Assembly: GCA_017654855.1 (NCBI GenBank)
Contig: CM030337.1
Span: 3,348,001-3,412,000 of the forward strand
Length of the DNA: 64,000 bases
Source: Podospora anserina
Lineage: Eukaryota
Reading direction: 5' to 3'
Made by a program: the position numbers and the translations under genes. The notes below the pieces were generated by a model. The model was given only the letters and a program-made list of their open reading frames with translations. It was not told the DNA's origin and made no database searches. Of this stretch, positions 13,021 to 24,521 are shown piece after piece. Each line of letters begins with the position of its first letter. Position 1 is the first letter of the stretch.

Positions 13021-13382
13021 TGAAATGGTGAGAAAACACACAAAACAACCACAACACCACAAATATACCCTCAACAGGTCTCAGAATGAACACACCTGCG
13101 TGACAGTGACTCGCTCGCAGGCCGCACTTCACGTAGGACAAAGAAAAGACACTATGGGCTCGCAGGCCACATAATAAGCACCGGATTGGCCTGATCAGAG
13201 GGCCAGAATTGCCTGCACGCGTGCAAGGCACAAAATACGAAGCAAAGAATAAAAGTCGATGTCCTGTCTAAAATAGAATGTCCGAAGCAGACCGCTTATA
13301 TACATGACCCTGAACCCCTGAGTCCTCTGAGAGCCCCGCTTCCTTACTCATACTCTCAGGCCTGTGGCCGCACCCCAAACCA
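13021..13382 (-). repeat. 3' LTR (362 bp)
   Basis: Direct repeat of 24522-24884, 32348-32710 and 43855-44217. Confidence 0.97.
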
Positions 13383-13559
13383 AACCTCCCTTCGCATTTG
13401 ACCACTACAAACCAGTGGGCAAATGCGTACACAAGAAAAAAATCCCTTACAAACCAAAAAAAAAAAAAAAAGAAAATATCGTTCAGCAGAAAGAAGGGAA
13501 AACGATGTAATCCTGCTATCCCTTTATCCATTCTCCCTTGATCAGAGAGAAGAGCACCC

Positions 13560-15083
13560 TCACTTCTCGGATCTCAGAGCATACCTCCGTCCCTGTCGAG
13601 CCATCACAACTGGTGACCTAACGACCTCCTCCCTTCGTCTCTGAGGAACTCCAGGAGCCCACTCCCATCCCATGAAACCAGGTGTGTGATCAGGCGAAAG
13701 GTGTGTTGTTGGCGATCCTGAGTGGTCATAAGTAGGGGGACGGGCAATTACAGGCCCAGAGAGGAGCGGCGAGTCCATTGTCACAGGAGTGCGGAACCCA
13801 AAGGGGGTTGCTACCCTGCTTGGTCGTTGAGAGTTGCTCGACACGCTACTTGGTCCAAACCCTTCATGATCAGAGGGAAGACCCACGACGCACTCATCTC
13901 CCTCAACAGTAGTAACCAAAGCTAACGGAGAACCAGGGAGGGAAGCAAACCGGGGAATTGGTGGAGACTTGAAAGGAGACGAGAGGGTGCTTGGCAGGTT
14001 GAATCCTTCCGCGTCCATCAAGTCCTCCAGGCCCCTCCTCCTCCATTTCTTATCACGCACCCTCTGATCAGGCTCACAACCCAAAGACCTTTTCACATAA
14101 GCCATCCACAACCTCATCATCTTCTTCCCCGCAACGCCCACGGTCTTGCAGTCTCTGTAGCAACGATCTCCTCTCCAAGCCTTTACTACCGTTAAATCCT
14201 CCTCTTCACCGTACGAAACACCTCCCTGAAAGTAGGTACGGCAGTGCTCCAAGACCCAAAGACCACATTCCCACGCCCCGCCCTGTTCACCGCAAGCTGG
14301 CCTCCTCACTTTCACGTCAAGGCTGCAGTGGAAAGCGTGACGGATGTAAGATACCAGGCAAGAAATAGCATTAGCTTGATACCCCTTCCAATCCTTCGAC
14401 GAGTCCATATAAACCAAAATGCCAGTAGCAACGTCGTAGATGCCCACTGCCCAGTGGCTTCCGTTGTTGACATGAATGGGGAGGACCCAGTATCGTCGGT
14501 CAAAGGCGTTGTGGTTGTCGTTAGGCAGGAAAAAGCGCATCGACGACTTCATCATAACAGGGTTCAGAGGCTCTCCAGGGATCCATATACAACGCTCGAG
14601 GATTCCCTGAAGAGAGTACCGAAGAGCGCAGGTAAGGACCGAGCTAGTGAGCCACTGCTTGGCCTCTAGTTGACCTTGAAGGTCATACATAGCGCAAGTG
14701 AGGGAAGCTACATGGATACCGTAGATGTGAGTCCGATCAGGGGGGGTCGTTATTCTCAAGCCAGGAAAAAGATATTTGATAGTGTCAATCGAAAACTGCT
14801 CCACGAAAGTGGTGTTGATCCAGTCGGGCCGCCTTCCCACAACATGATCTCCTGGGTCGGCAACCAGGTTAAGGCCAAAACGAACAGGCCAGAGAGTGTC
14901 ATCGCCTTGGGGAAGGAAGATGCCGCGCGGGGGACCAGAGCCATAGACCCTGTCGATACCTTGAAGGCGCGCTTTCCGAATAATCTCTTTAACGAGATCA
15001 TTGGGAGGGCCGAATTTCTTGGTGGCGGTGAATTCTTCCCATGACATGTCGTGAATGGACTTTGTAAAAAGCGTTGATGACAT
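13560..15083 (-). CDS. Retrotransposon cargo: Ulp1/SENP-like (peptidase C48) cysteine protease with a Ser/Pro-rich tail
   Basis: WLTSSVL, YWVLPIHVNNGSHWAVGIYD (catalytic His), VYMDS (Asp), QGGAWECGLWVL (oxyanion Gln and catalytic Cys). Likely start MSSTLF at 15083, though the frame is open to 15248. Confidence 0.85.
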   Translation of the reverse strand: MSSTLFTKSIHDMSWEEFTATKKFGPPNDLVKEIIRKARLQGIDRVYGSGPPRGIFLPQGDDTLWPVRFGLNLVADPGDHVVGRRPDWINTTFVEQFSIDTIKYLFPGLRITTPPDRTHIYGIHVASLTCAMYDLQGQLEAKQWLTSSVLTCALRYSLQGILERCIWIPGEPLNPVMMKSSMRFFLPNDNHNAFDRRYWVLPIHVNNGSHWAVGIYDVATGILVYMDSSKDWKGYQANAISCLVSYIRHAFHCSLDVKVRRPACGEQGGAWECGLWVLEHCRTYFQGGVSYGEEEDLTVVKAWRGDRCYRDCKTVGVAGKKMMRLWMAYVKRSLGCEPDQRVRDKKWRRRGLEDLMDAEGFNLPSTLSSPFKSPPIPRFASLPGSPLALVTTVEGDECVVGLPSDHEGFGPSSVSSNSQRPSRVATPFGFRTPVTMDSPLLSGPVIARPPTYDHSGSPTTHLSPDHTPGFMGWEWAPGVPQRRREEVVRSPVVMARQGRRYALRSEK

Positions 15084-15423
15084 CGTTCTGTGAGAATTGA
15101 GAGGGAGTAGTGTGTGGTGTGATCTGTGATCAGAGGGTTGTCGAGAGGGAAGTGAGGAATTTTTTTGGAATGGAGAGTTAAAGAGGGAAGAAGGTCTTCG
15201 GTGAGTCTTTGTTCTCTGTTGTCTGCCTGGCTTGTAAGGCAAGATCATCAGATAGTTGCGTAAGCCGTTTGAGGAGGAAAGAGCGCTCTGATGAGTCTCC
15301 CTCCTGTAGAGGTCTGTAGGACCAGTCGCACCGTCCTATCCTCTGGTTATAAATACCCATGCCAGTTCTCCTCATTCCCGCTCACTCCTCATCTTTTCAG
15401 TACTTATTAACCGCTTCCTCCCA
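15084..15423. promoter_or_regulatory. Putative bidirectional promoter between the two cargo genes
   Basis: 340-bp gap between divergent ATGs. TTATAAATA at ~15347 followed by a pyrimidine-rich leader before ATG 15424. Confidence 0.45.
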
Positions 15424-16493
15424 ATGGCCTCTTCTTTGAGGAAACCTGCTGCTTCGTCCGATCAGGCGGTCGACGACCTTACTACCCAGGTATCCACGAC
15501 CTCTTTCGCCAAAAACTTCCCAGTCAGGTCGAGGGAGTCCTTGACCTTGCTGCGTACGACTGGTCCGAGGTCGCCATAGACCCTACTCAAGAGCCTTTGC
15601 TTGCTACCCTCACTCATCGTCCCACCGACCTCACCCGTGCTCCCAACAATCAAGGCGTTGCTTACAAGAGGCACGTCTGGGTTCGGCGTCCTACTTGCGT
15701 TCACGACTCCACCATGCCCAAAGGTGCTAATGCTTATCACGACATTTCTCTCCCCCATCAGGCTGCTCTTTGGTACCTCAAGATTTCCCCTCTAGATCCC
15801 AAACACGTGGCTGCTCCCCTCTACCTTGAGTGGTTCCTCCCTGATCCGACGAAGAAGGGGGGTAAGAAAGAGTGGCAGCTACTTTTCAAGGACATTGGTG
15901 CGGACAAGACTGTCACTGATTACATCTCCAAGGCGTTGTCGACCGGTTCCGTTAGGCGGATTTTCGTCGAACGGTCCAATGGGTGGTTCTTCGGGCGCTG
16001 GCTCTTCGAAATCGTCAAGCGGGCTCATCGCTCTAAAGGCTTATTTGTCCAGGCCACCGGGTTACTGTAAGTGCCGCCCCCCTGATCAGACTTAGCCTGA
16101 CACTAACATGTTGGATTCAGTCATGCCAATCCATGTGATGAGTGCGATCAGAGCTATCGCCGGTCTTTCGTGACGTTCCCCGATGGGACCAAAACTAAGG
16201 TGATGTGGCCATACTTCGGTTGTGTGGGAAGAGAGGACCTCGATTGGAAATGCGGGAACTGCTGGCATAAGGGTATCCATTGCTCATGGTCCAGTGTTGA
16301 TGAGGACAGCCCTTACTTCAAGGATCTTGGTAGTGGTGGGTTATCGAAGTTGGATCGTGGTGCCGTGAGCTTGATTCCTGGTGGTGAGGAAGTCGATTGG
16401 GACCAGGAGTGGGAAGAACAGCGGGCTGAGTACAAAGAGCTTAGGAAACAGCAGATGGATAAGAAGAAGGAGAAGAAGAAAGAAAAAGAATAG
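15424..16493 (+). CDS. Retrotransposon cargo (antisense): ~338-aa DUF3716-like Cys6 zinc-binding protein, exons 15424-16066 and 16121-16493
   Basis: Intron GTAAGT...CTAAC...CAG (54 nt) gives VQATGLLHANPCDEC...WPYFGCV...KCGNCWHKGIHCSW and a Lys-rich tail. One apparent frameshift (A5 at ~15511) reads A6 in the sister copy. Confidence 0.75.
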
Positions 16494-16729
16494 TCTTCCA
16501 CTTCCTCAGATCAGAGGAAGGGGCATAAAGAGAGGAGTGAATCGGAAAAAGAAATGACAGGAAAAGAAAAAGAAAAAATTAAAAATTCAATGCGATGATC
16601 TTCACCCCAATCAATCACCTCCCTTAGTGTCTTTCCTCCCTTTGAGAACAGACAGCTCCCACAGCTCTGTTCTCACAACACAAGCTTCAGTACCCTCTTA
16701 AAGAAAAAAAAACAACTACAACGCCTTCG

Positions 16730-19700
16730 TCATCGTCTCCCCTGATCACCCAAGAAGTCCTCTGGTCTACCCTTCTTCAGGACCACCTCTATACTTTTGC
16801 CCTTCTCAAATCTCTTCTGCACCTCAGCATTCTTCCGTTCCATCCAAGTCTTCCCCCTGGTCATCATTCTCCCTGGTGTTTCTTCCACTATCTCTTCTTC
16901 TTCATCCTCATCTTCCACCATATCCACGCCTTCCTTCACTCCATTCCCAGGCACCTGCTCAACTCTCCCTAGTCCTGGCTGCATGTCCGTATCCTCTTCA
17001 TCTACATACACGTCTTCCAACCTAAAAAACTTCTTTACCCTGTTTGGCGTGTAAGAAGCTCGCAATGGCACCCCATCCAGTGTCTCCAGGAAGTAGCAAG
17101 TGTTGCCTGGTTCGACCTTCCTCACTCTGAAAGGGCCGTCCCAGCGGTACTGTAGCTTCCTTACCACACTCATATCCAACTTTCTATCCATTTTATACAC
17201 CAACACCAAGTCCCCCCTTCTGATCATGCTATTCTCAGGCCTAATGCTGCGAATCCCTTTTCTGTTCTTTTCTTGCCGCGGCTTTCTGTCTTGCCATGCC
17301 AACCCTCTCAGCCACCAGAGTCAGATTCATCTCCTGGGATTTCAATAGTCTCGCCCTTGCCTCTATTAAATCCATAGTCGCTCTCTCCTTCCAGTGTCTC
17401 CCTGATCTGTCGAAGCCAATCTTTTCCCACTGGACGACTCTCCATGACGGTACGTCCTTTTCGATCGGCGTAATGGGGTTAAACCCATGTGCCAGATAGA
17501 AAGCACTGTACCCATGAATACCTCGTGTCGTGGTCCTATCAGCAAACAACACATAAGGGAGCCACTGCTTCCACTTCTTCCCCGTCCCATCCGTCATTTT
17601 TGCCAGCATCGATGCAATTGGGATGTGACCAGACTCCGTCACTCCATTTGCTCTTGCGTTGTAAGGTGAGACCACCACCCGAAGAACTCCTAGCCTCTCT
17701 AAAATCTCAGCAGCTTCCTTCCTAAATTCTGATCCGCCGTCCACCACCACGATCAGAGGGTGACCCCATCTGAGGATGATATCGTGCAGGATAAAGTTCT
17801 CAACCCCAGAAGCCTTGCCTGAGCTCAAGACCTTCGCTTCTGGATACCCAGTCAAGTCATCCCTCGCTTCCAGAAGGTAGGCTTTTTCTCCCGAAGCCGT
17901 TGGTAAGAACTGAACGTCTAAATGCCACTTCGCAAATGGGGTAGCTAAAGGCTCAGTATATAAGTGCCAGTCCTCCCAACGCTTCGGGCTCCATTGTTGA
18001 CATTGCCTACATGTCTTGATCCAAGCCTCGACGTCAGCGTACATACCCTTCCAGTAGTAGTTTTCTACTACTCGGGCATAGGTAGCTTCCGTCCTTTGTG
18101 GCCCATCTCGTTGTGACACGCATTGAAGACTCTTTCCCGCTCGATCAGAGGGTCAACAATTCTCCTGGGGGGAAAGCCTCCTTTGTTTGGCTTAAGAAAC
18201 AAAACTCCGTCTTCGAGAATCATTTTCAGGGCGTCATTCTTGATGGTCTGAACGTCAAACCTCGTCTTAGCCCTTGGCTCCGCACCAGTCGCGAGGAACT
18301 CGGCGATAGCATGGGAGTGAGGAGACCACAGTCCATTCAAGTAGGGGCCTTGCCCAATAACTTCCTTTTTCTTCTTCCTGATATTCACCCGCCAGACACT
18401 TACTTCCTGGATATCGTTCTTCCAGATCCTTGCGTCAACCTCATCATCAATGTCTGGCTCTAACTCCTTCTCCCTCAGATCAGAGGGGCCAGGTGGCTTT
18501 CTCGATAGTGCGTCTGCCACAAGGTTCTTACTCCCAGGGATGTGAACAATTGTGAAGTCGAAAAGTCTAATCCATCCCAGCCATCTCATCATCAAGGCGC
18601 CGGGAACGTCACTAGCCGCCCCCTGGACTTGGTGGACTACCACTTGAGCGTCCGTTTCCACCGTAAAGTGTACCCCGAAAAGATACCTTCTAAATCTCCT
18701 CAAAGTATACAACAGTCCTCTCAACTCCCTCTTGGTGGCATCATACCTCTGTTCAGCCGGGCTCCAAATACCACTCTCAAACCGACAAGGGTGCCGTTTT
18801 CCATCAGGTCCTACTTGTTCAATCACCGCTCCCCACCCCGTCAAGCTTGCATCAAAAATAACAAAGATTCTACCGAAACGGTCGTCATCAAACGTCAGAG
18901 AAGCCAGACACGGTGCCTCTGTGATCAGAAAGGCAAGCCACTCCATCGCACCCTGTTGAGCTTCCGTCCATTCCCATCTCGTGTCCTTCCTCATCAAGAA
19001 ATACAGCGGAACTGCGATCAGATTGAAGAGAGGTACCCATAGCCGATAGTAGCCGGTGATCCCCAGGAAGGCGCGAACATCCTTAAGACTGTGGCAAGTT
19101 CGCCATTCCCTTATCTTCACTATCTTTGTCTGATCAGGGAGGCGCCCGTCCGGTGTACAGGAATAGCCAAGGATAACAGCTTCCCGTCTGCACCAAAGGG
19201 ATTTCACGGCTGCAATTGTGGCTCCTGCAAGCTCACAGTTGAGCAAGACTGCGTCGATATTCTTCAAGTGCTCCAGGACCCACTTCCTAACTCCTGGCCT
19301 TTCTTCTTCACCATTGTAGTCCCACCTTGGCCCTTTCACTGCGATATCGTCCAGGTATGGCCGACACACCTGTGGGATGAGATCTTGAAAGACTCTGGTC
19401 ACGGCTCTTTGGAACTGGGCCACTGAGTTGGTAGCTCCTTGAGGTAGGGTACACATCCTGAATAGGCCGATAGGTGTCGCGAAGGTAGTGAGGTCTCGGC
19501 TCGTCAGGGCTAATTTGACTTGGTCGTATCCGGAGAAGAAGTCAAGCAAGGAGGTAATAAGGCACCCTGCAAAGTCCTCGCTGAACTCCTCAGTGCTTGG
19601 TGGGATAAAGGCATCTCGTTGCGTAACCTTATTGTATCTCTGGGCATCGTTGATCAGACGGAGGCCACCATCCTTTTTCTTTACTAGGAACCAGTTGTTG

Positions 19701-20668
19701 CGGTAGGGACCATGCGCTTCCTCAATAATATTTCTCTTGATTCGTTCCCTAAGGAGATCGATGACTTTCCCCACGAGTGGCTTCGGGATCGGAATAGACT
19801 TGCTTTGCCACGCTTTGTGAGGGATAGTCCTGATGTGTTGAGCAGGGAAGACTTCTTCAAGGATCTGTCCACACTCGGTGAAGTCCCATGCCAGTGCAGC
19901 CTCCCTTGCGAATAAGATTGCCGTAAACACTTTAACCTCCTGATCTGTCAAAATGTCGGTGGTTTGTCTGATCAGATCGGCTAAGCGTTCTGGAGTGAGG
20001 CGTGACCCTCTGATCATTTCAGAAAACTTAGGGACCACAATATCGTCGAATTCTGAGCCGTATTGTAGGGATTCCTTGACTGCCGCCCATCTCCTTACTT
20101 TCCAGTTCGGATCTCCTTCAGGAGTGCTACCATCTGACCCAGCATTATCAACCGGCTTCACCTTCTTATCTACCCTCTTGTACATCGTAGCAGTAGTAAC
20201 AATATCCGCAGGCGTTGGCCAGGCCTGTTCAAAAGTGGTGATCAGGCTGGTCTTCATGTTGTTTTTCTTCTCAGAAGGGGGCGGAGGTGGATGACGTCTA
20301 TGTGGTTGTGTAGTGAAGAGGCTGCGCTGACCTGGTTGAGTGAGGGACCAGTTAAATATCCCCAAGCATAAGGATGCCATATCGGGCTTAAATGGGGTTA
20401 TCCTGCTAGTCCTCTGATCAGACGGCGGCGATGTCTTTGGCAGTGGTGGCGACGGTACTAAATGCAGACCTGTTATGAAGGTCGGTGGTGGCGGTCGTTC
20501 TTTCCCTGAGATTTCGTCCGAAGTTAGAGTTCTTGTCGTAATTTCCACTCTTCCAGGCTGAAACAAAGACTTCTCTTTCTGGCAGTCCCTTATACCTCCC
20601 TTCTTTCCTTCCCTCTGATCACTAATATTCTTTCCTCCCTTGCTCCTAACATCCCCCTTTTCTTTGTT
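16730..20668 (-). CDS. pol: pol: reverse transcriptase, RNase H, integrase (two 1-bp frame breaks at ~18090 and ~17270)
   Basis: LDFFSGYDQ, LPQGATNS, YLDD; FDASLTGWGAV, ETDAQ, VADALSR; HHCC (CHNEMGH..CRQCQ), DDE (HLDVQ, VDGGSEF, TESGH), GPF motif. No chromodomain. True start unknown. Confidence 0.93.
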
Positions 20669-20863
20669 TTATAAGAAATAATATCAGACGCCAGGCAATA
20701 ATTTAATAACGGCAAACTTGACTCCCCAAAATAAAATTAAGCAAAGAACGCCCAGCTCCTTCATTCAGTCCCCAATCACTTCATCCCCTTCCTCCAGCTC
20801 CTCCGTTACCCACTCAGGGACAGGTACTCCTTCATTAACCAATCCCTTAAACACCTGTAAGGG

Positions 20864-23800
20864 TCAGCTGGCAGGAGAGGCATTACCTCGATCCCTGCCG
20901 TTATATTCCGCCTTCATCTTATCAATCACCTCCTTTTTTACCACGTGGGCCTTAATCAGCTTTCCCCCATACAACATATTCGCGCTAATCATACAGCCCT
21001 TCATAAAATCAAGGGTGAGGCTCGTATCCGTGAAGAACGGGATGCCCAATAGCAGGTCATGGAAACCCAGAGCCTCAGTGTTATCAATAACGAAGAAATG
21101 ACACAAAATTGGAACCCCAGCCAGCACTACTGGAGCCTGAGTCTCACCTATAAACGCAACCGGATCTCCATGAAGGCCTTTAGACTGTAGGTTCGTCGAC
21201 ACCATCGGTAGACAGAACCTCTCAGCTACAGCCCTACTGATCAGGTTGCACTCCGAGCCTGTGTCCAACATTGCCAGCACCTTCTCTGAAGTTGGTGAGA
21301 CGAAGTTACAATATAGCGATGGGACGTTGTGGGTTCGAGTGACGGCTCCCAGGAGAGTTCGCTCACTACCGGAAAGCCGGCCAATGGGCGTAGACAGCAG
21401 AGTCCGCAATCGCTCTTCTGGGCTGTCACCCGGTTGGACCTTGCCTTCGATGATCTTCTCCCAGATGCCTCCCTCGACCACACCATACTCACCATCCGCC
21501 GTGATCCCGTACAAAGCAGGGACAGTCTTCCTCTGATCAGACGGAGGAGTCTTGCTGTGTCCAGCCGTCTGAAAATTCGTCCGAACCGTTGACGGCAAGG
21601 CCTCCCCCTTCTGTGGGACTTCTCTCTTTCCATCCGGGGTACTCTTGGAAGATCCACGCCACTCGATCACCTCAGCATCCTCGGCCACACTCTTCACGTA
21701 ATCCATCAACCGGTAAGCAAATGTGGGTGAAACCCTACAATGCTCTTCCAGTGTGAACTTAGTCTGACCACAGGCGTACTTTTTGGCTTTCTCGGCAATG
21801 TAATCCCCAGAGTCCTCTGCCTCACCATCAGGCAACCTTGAGCCACTCCGACTCCATCCCCTGATCGGACGAGACTCCTCCTCAACTACCTTTGGCTTCT
21901 CTTGCGCGGGGGTGAGTACCACTTTCGGATTTTCGGCTGAGGCTGGGTCATCCATATCCTCTTTCGGCAGATCCTCGATCCTTACTCTCTTCGCTCCTTG
22001 CGCGCCTACCCCCACTTCCACCTCTTGGTTGCAGACGACCACTGGGGCATCATCAGAGCGCTTCAGAATGCTCCTAGGCGACCACTTCTCTGCTGAGCAG
22101 CGTTGCAAGGCATTCCTAGTAATGTAGTCACTGGCTGAGTTCTCGTTAAACGGTACGTAGGGTTTGGAGTACCCATGAAGCCTGTTTAACCTGACATCCA
22201 TAGCCCTGGCCATCTGAGTAGCTGTCTGCTCCCTCCCTCTGATCAGAGAGACCTCGGGCCTGTATCCCTTGCCCTCACGAGCTTCCCAGTGCTCAGCCCA
22301 TTTCGTGTAAGCTTCATAGGCCCTATTCAGTTCTGGTTTCAACGAAATTGCAGCACGAACCAGGTCGCCAACCTTCCCTTCACGCTGCGCCTTCCTCACA
22401 TCCTCTTGATCAAGCCACGCTTTTTCACTCTCCGGCCACTCCTTCTTACCGATACACACTCTGCCTCCTTCAGTATGGCACAGTCCCCACGCCTCATCAT
22501 ACTCCTTCTTCGGACACTCCGTCGACTTAGCGTAATGGCCAGTCTTGCCGCACCAGAAGCACCTTCTTGGTGGGGGAGGGCTATCGCGGTACTGCCCCCC
22601 TGATCTTCCGAACTGGGTTTTAGTATCAACAATGGGGAAGGTATTGAAAGACGAATCCATTTCCCCATTAGGGCCAATGCCAAAATCCAGGAGTAAGGTG
22701 CCTGGTCTTCTAGGTGTTGAACGCGGGTCCTCATTATCCCAGATTTGCCGTTTCCCGGTGCAGAGAAACCACCGTAGATATTCGCCCTCAAATGCTGCAG
22801 TGCCATCTCTCTGTCTACCATAGCGTTAACCGCCATGTACTGGTCGAGCACCTCGGCCGCCTGATCAGAGGCAGCAGGGGAGGGTGCAATGGTTGATTTG
22901 TCCTCCTTGTAGATTCTTCCTCCCACGTCATACCCATCTTCGATCACATCATTAATCCAATCGCTCCAGGTAATAAAATTCATGGATCTTAAACGACGTT
23001 CGGATCCTCCTCGGTTGATAAGGGTCATCCTCATTGACTCGGAGAATTTCATCCAAAAGCGGCTGGCAACCCTGGCTCTTACTGCCTCTTTCTCCCCGGT
23101 CGGCACTCGAGAGAGCAGTTTGGAGTGGTCAAAACAACCTTCCTTAACTCGCCCACACCTTCAGGGATAACCTTGGCGTAGAAGTCATCCAACTCCCTGT
23201 GGATATCTTCGTCTTGTCGGGGGTCATAGATCTTAAAGAGGCGTTTAAGGCGGACAACCAGGACAGGCCAAGTATCGGTGGGTGTAGGTAGGTCTACACA
23301 TTCGTCAATCTGTTTTCCCACATCGAAGTCACACCAGGATTTGAACTTGCGAACGCGAGAGGTAAATTCCACGACATGGTACTCTTCACAGGCATTCTCG
23401 AAACGCTCCAGATATTCCGTAAAGTGCTTCCCTTTGAAGTTGCTCTTAAAACCGACTTTCTTCGGATCAGGGAATTCACGCTGAGGAAAATACATAGGCA
23501 CCATGGGATAGGGGGTTGGATGATCAGACGTAGGGGACCCCTGGAAGTGGCGATAGTCGGGGTAAGCTCCTATGGGATATGGGTATCCGGGTTGCTGGAA
23601 TTGATGCGCGAACCCAGGAAGAGGAGCGGGATATCCGGCATGCCGAGTGGGAGGCGCAGTATGATTCCAAGCAGCAGGATTTGGGTGGGTACGAGGTCCA
23701 CCTGGCACGTCAGGAGCGTTGGGCCTTGCAGTCGGGCCACCTTGATCAGAAAGGGGCGAGGGGTCTCAGCATCTTCAGGGTGAGCGCGGTTCGCAGCCGG

Positions 23801-23941
23801 GGAGAGGACGAATGGTGATGATTCCGGGGACCTGGCCGCCGGAATGGCCACTTCTACCACGGAACGAGCCGTAGGAGCTTGATACCCCTGGTTGTCGCCG
23901 GGAAGGCTAGCCGAAGCGATGGGTGGGACATTGTCGGACAT
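20864..23941 (-). CDS. gag: gag-protease polyprotein, ~1026 aa after correcting three 1-bp deletions (~23755, ~23132, ~22691)
   Basis: Four overlapping ORFs joined by +1 corrections that the sister copy supports. FKGKHFTEYLERFE capsid-like start, zinc knuckle CFWCGKTGHYAKSTEC, aspartic protease LDTGSECNLIS. Confidence 0.88.
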
Positions 23942-24502
23942 GTCGATACTCGATGATTGCTGTTGCGTTTGCGTTGGTGGTATGGCTTTTTCCTTGTGTA
24001 TGTTGTTGGAAATATGAAGACGGTTGTCCCTTGCAACTCCAGTATGTGGGCATGAGTTACATCTACCCAGATCAGAGGGAAAGTGTCCTCGTCTCCTTGC
24101 TTTTGGGTTCCCGATGTCCTGAGTCAAACTGACCCGGAAATCCCCACGATTGTCCACCATCGCTAAACAACACACCAGGAGGATTCCTCCTAACCAAAGA
24201 TAGGAGAGGACTTTGATAGTTGACGCGGAGATAAGGTCCACTAACGAGCTAGTCTCAACCAATGCTCTTAGTTCACTTCCCGGTCCCATCCGGACCACAC
24301 ACTTGACTCTCCACTCGCGGGCAGAAAGTTTAGAGTTTGGTCGATGATGAAAGAGCTTTATCCGATCAGACGGAGAAGAATCGTTTCCGTTGAACCTCGC
24401 GGGGTTCAGTGAAGTTGTCGGTGCTTGTTGTCGTTCGTGGCTTCGCACTTCCTCCAGTACCCAGGGCTTGTGAGTCCAGTTTGGACCCTGAGCTTTGCTC
24501 AA

Positions 24503-24519
24503 CCCGGGCACGACCTCCA
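24503..24519 (-). promoter_or_regulatory. Primer-binding site TGGAGGTCGTGCCCGGG, probably tRNA-Gln
   Basis: Starts with TGG 2 nt inside the 5' LTR boundary. The complement ...CCCGGGCACGACCT-CCA resembles fungal tRNA-Gln 3' ends (from recall, not searched). Conserved in the sister copy. Confidence 0.7.
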
Positions 24520-24521
24520 TT

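Noticed and set aside
13007-13231. Recurring ORF MPCTRAGNSGPLIRP (also 24499, 32304, 43883) and ORFs at 28162/47880
   Set aside because: These are translations of LTR copies with non-ATG or inconsistent ends, not genes.
17241-23760. Programmed ribosomal frameshifting at the multiple ORF breaks
   Set aside because: Each break coincides with a 1-bp indel relative to the sister copy, so error or mutation explains them better.
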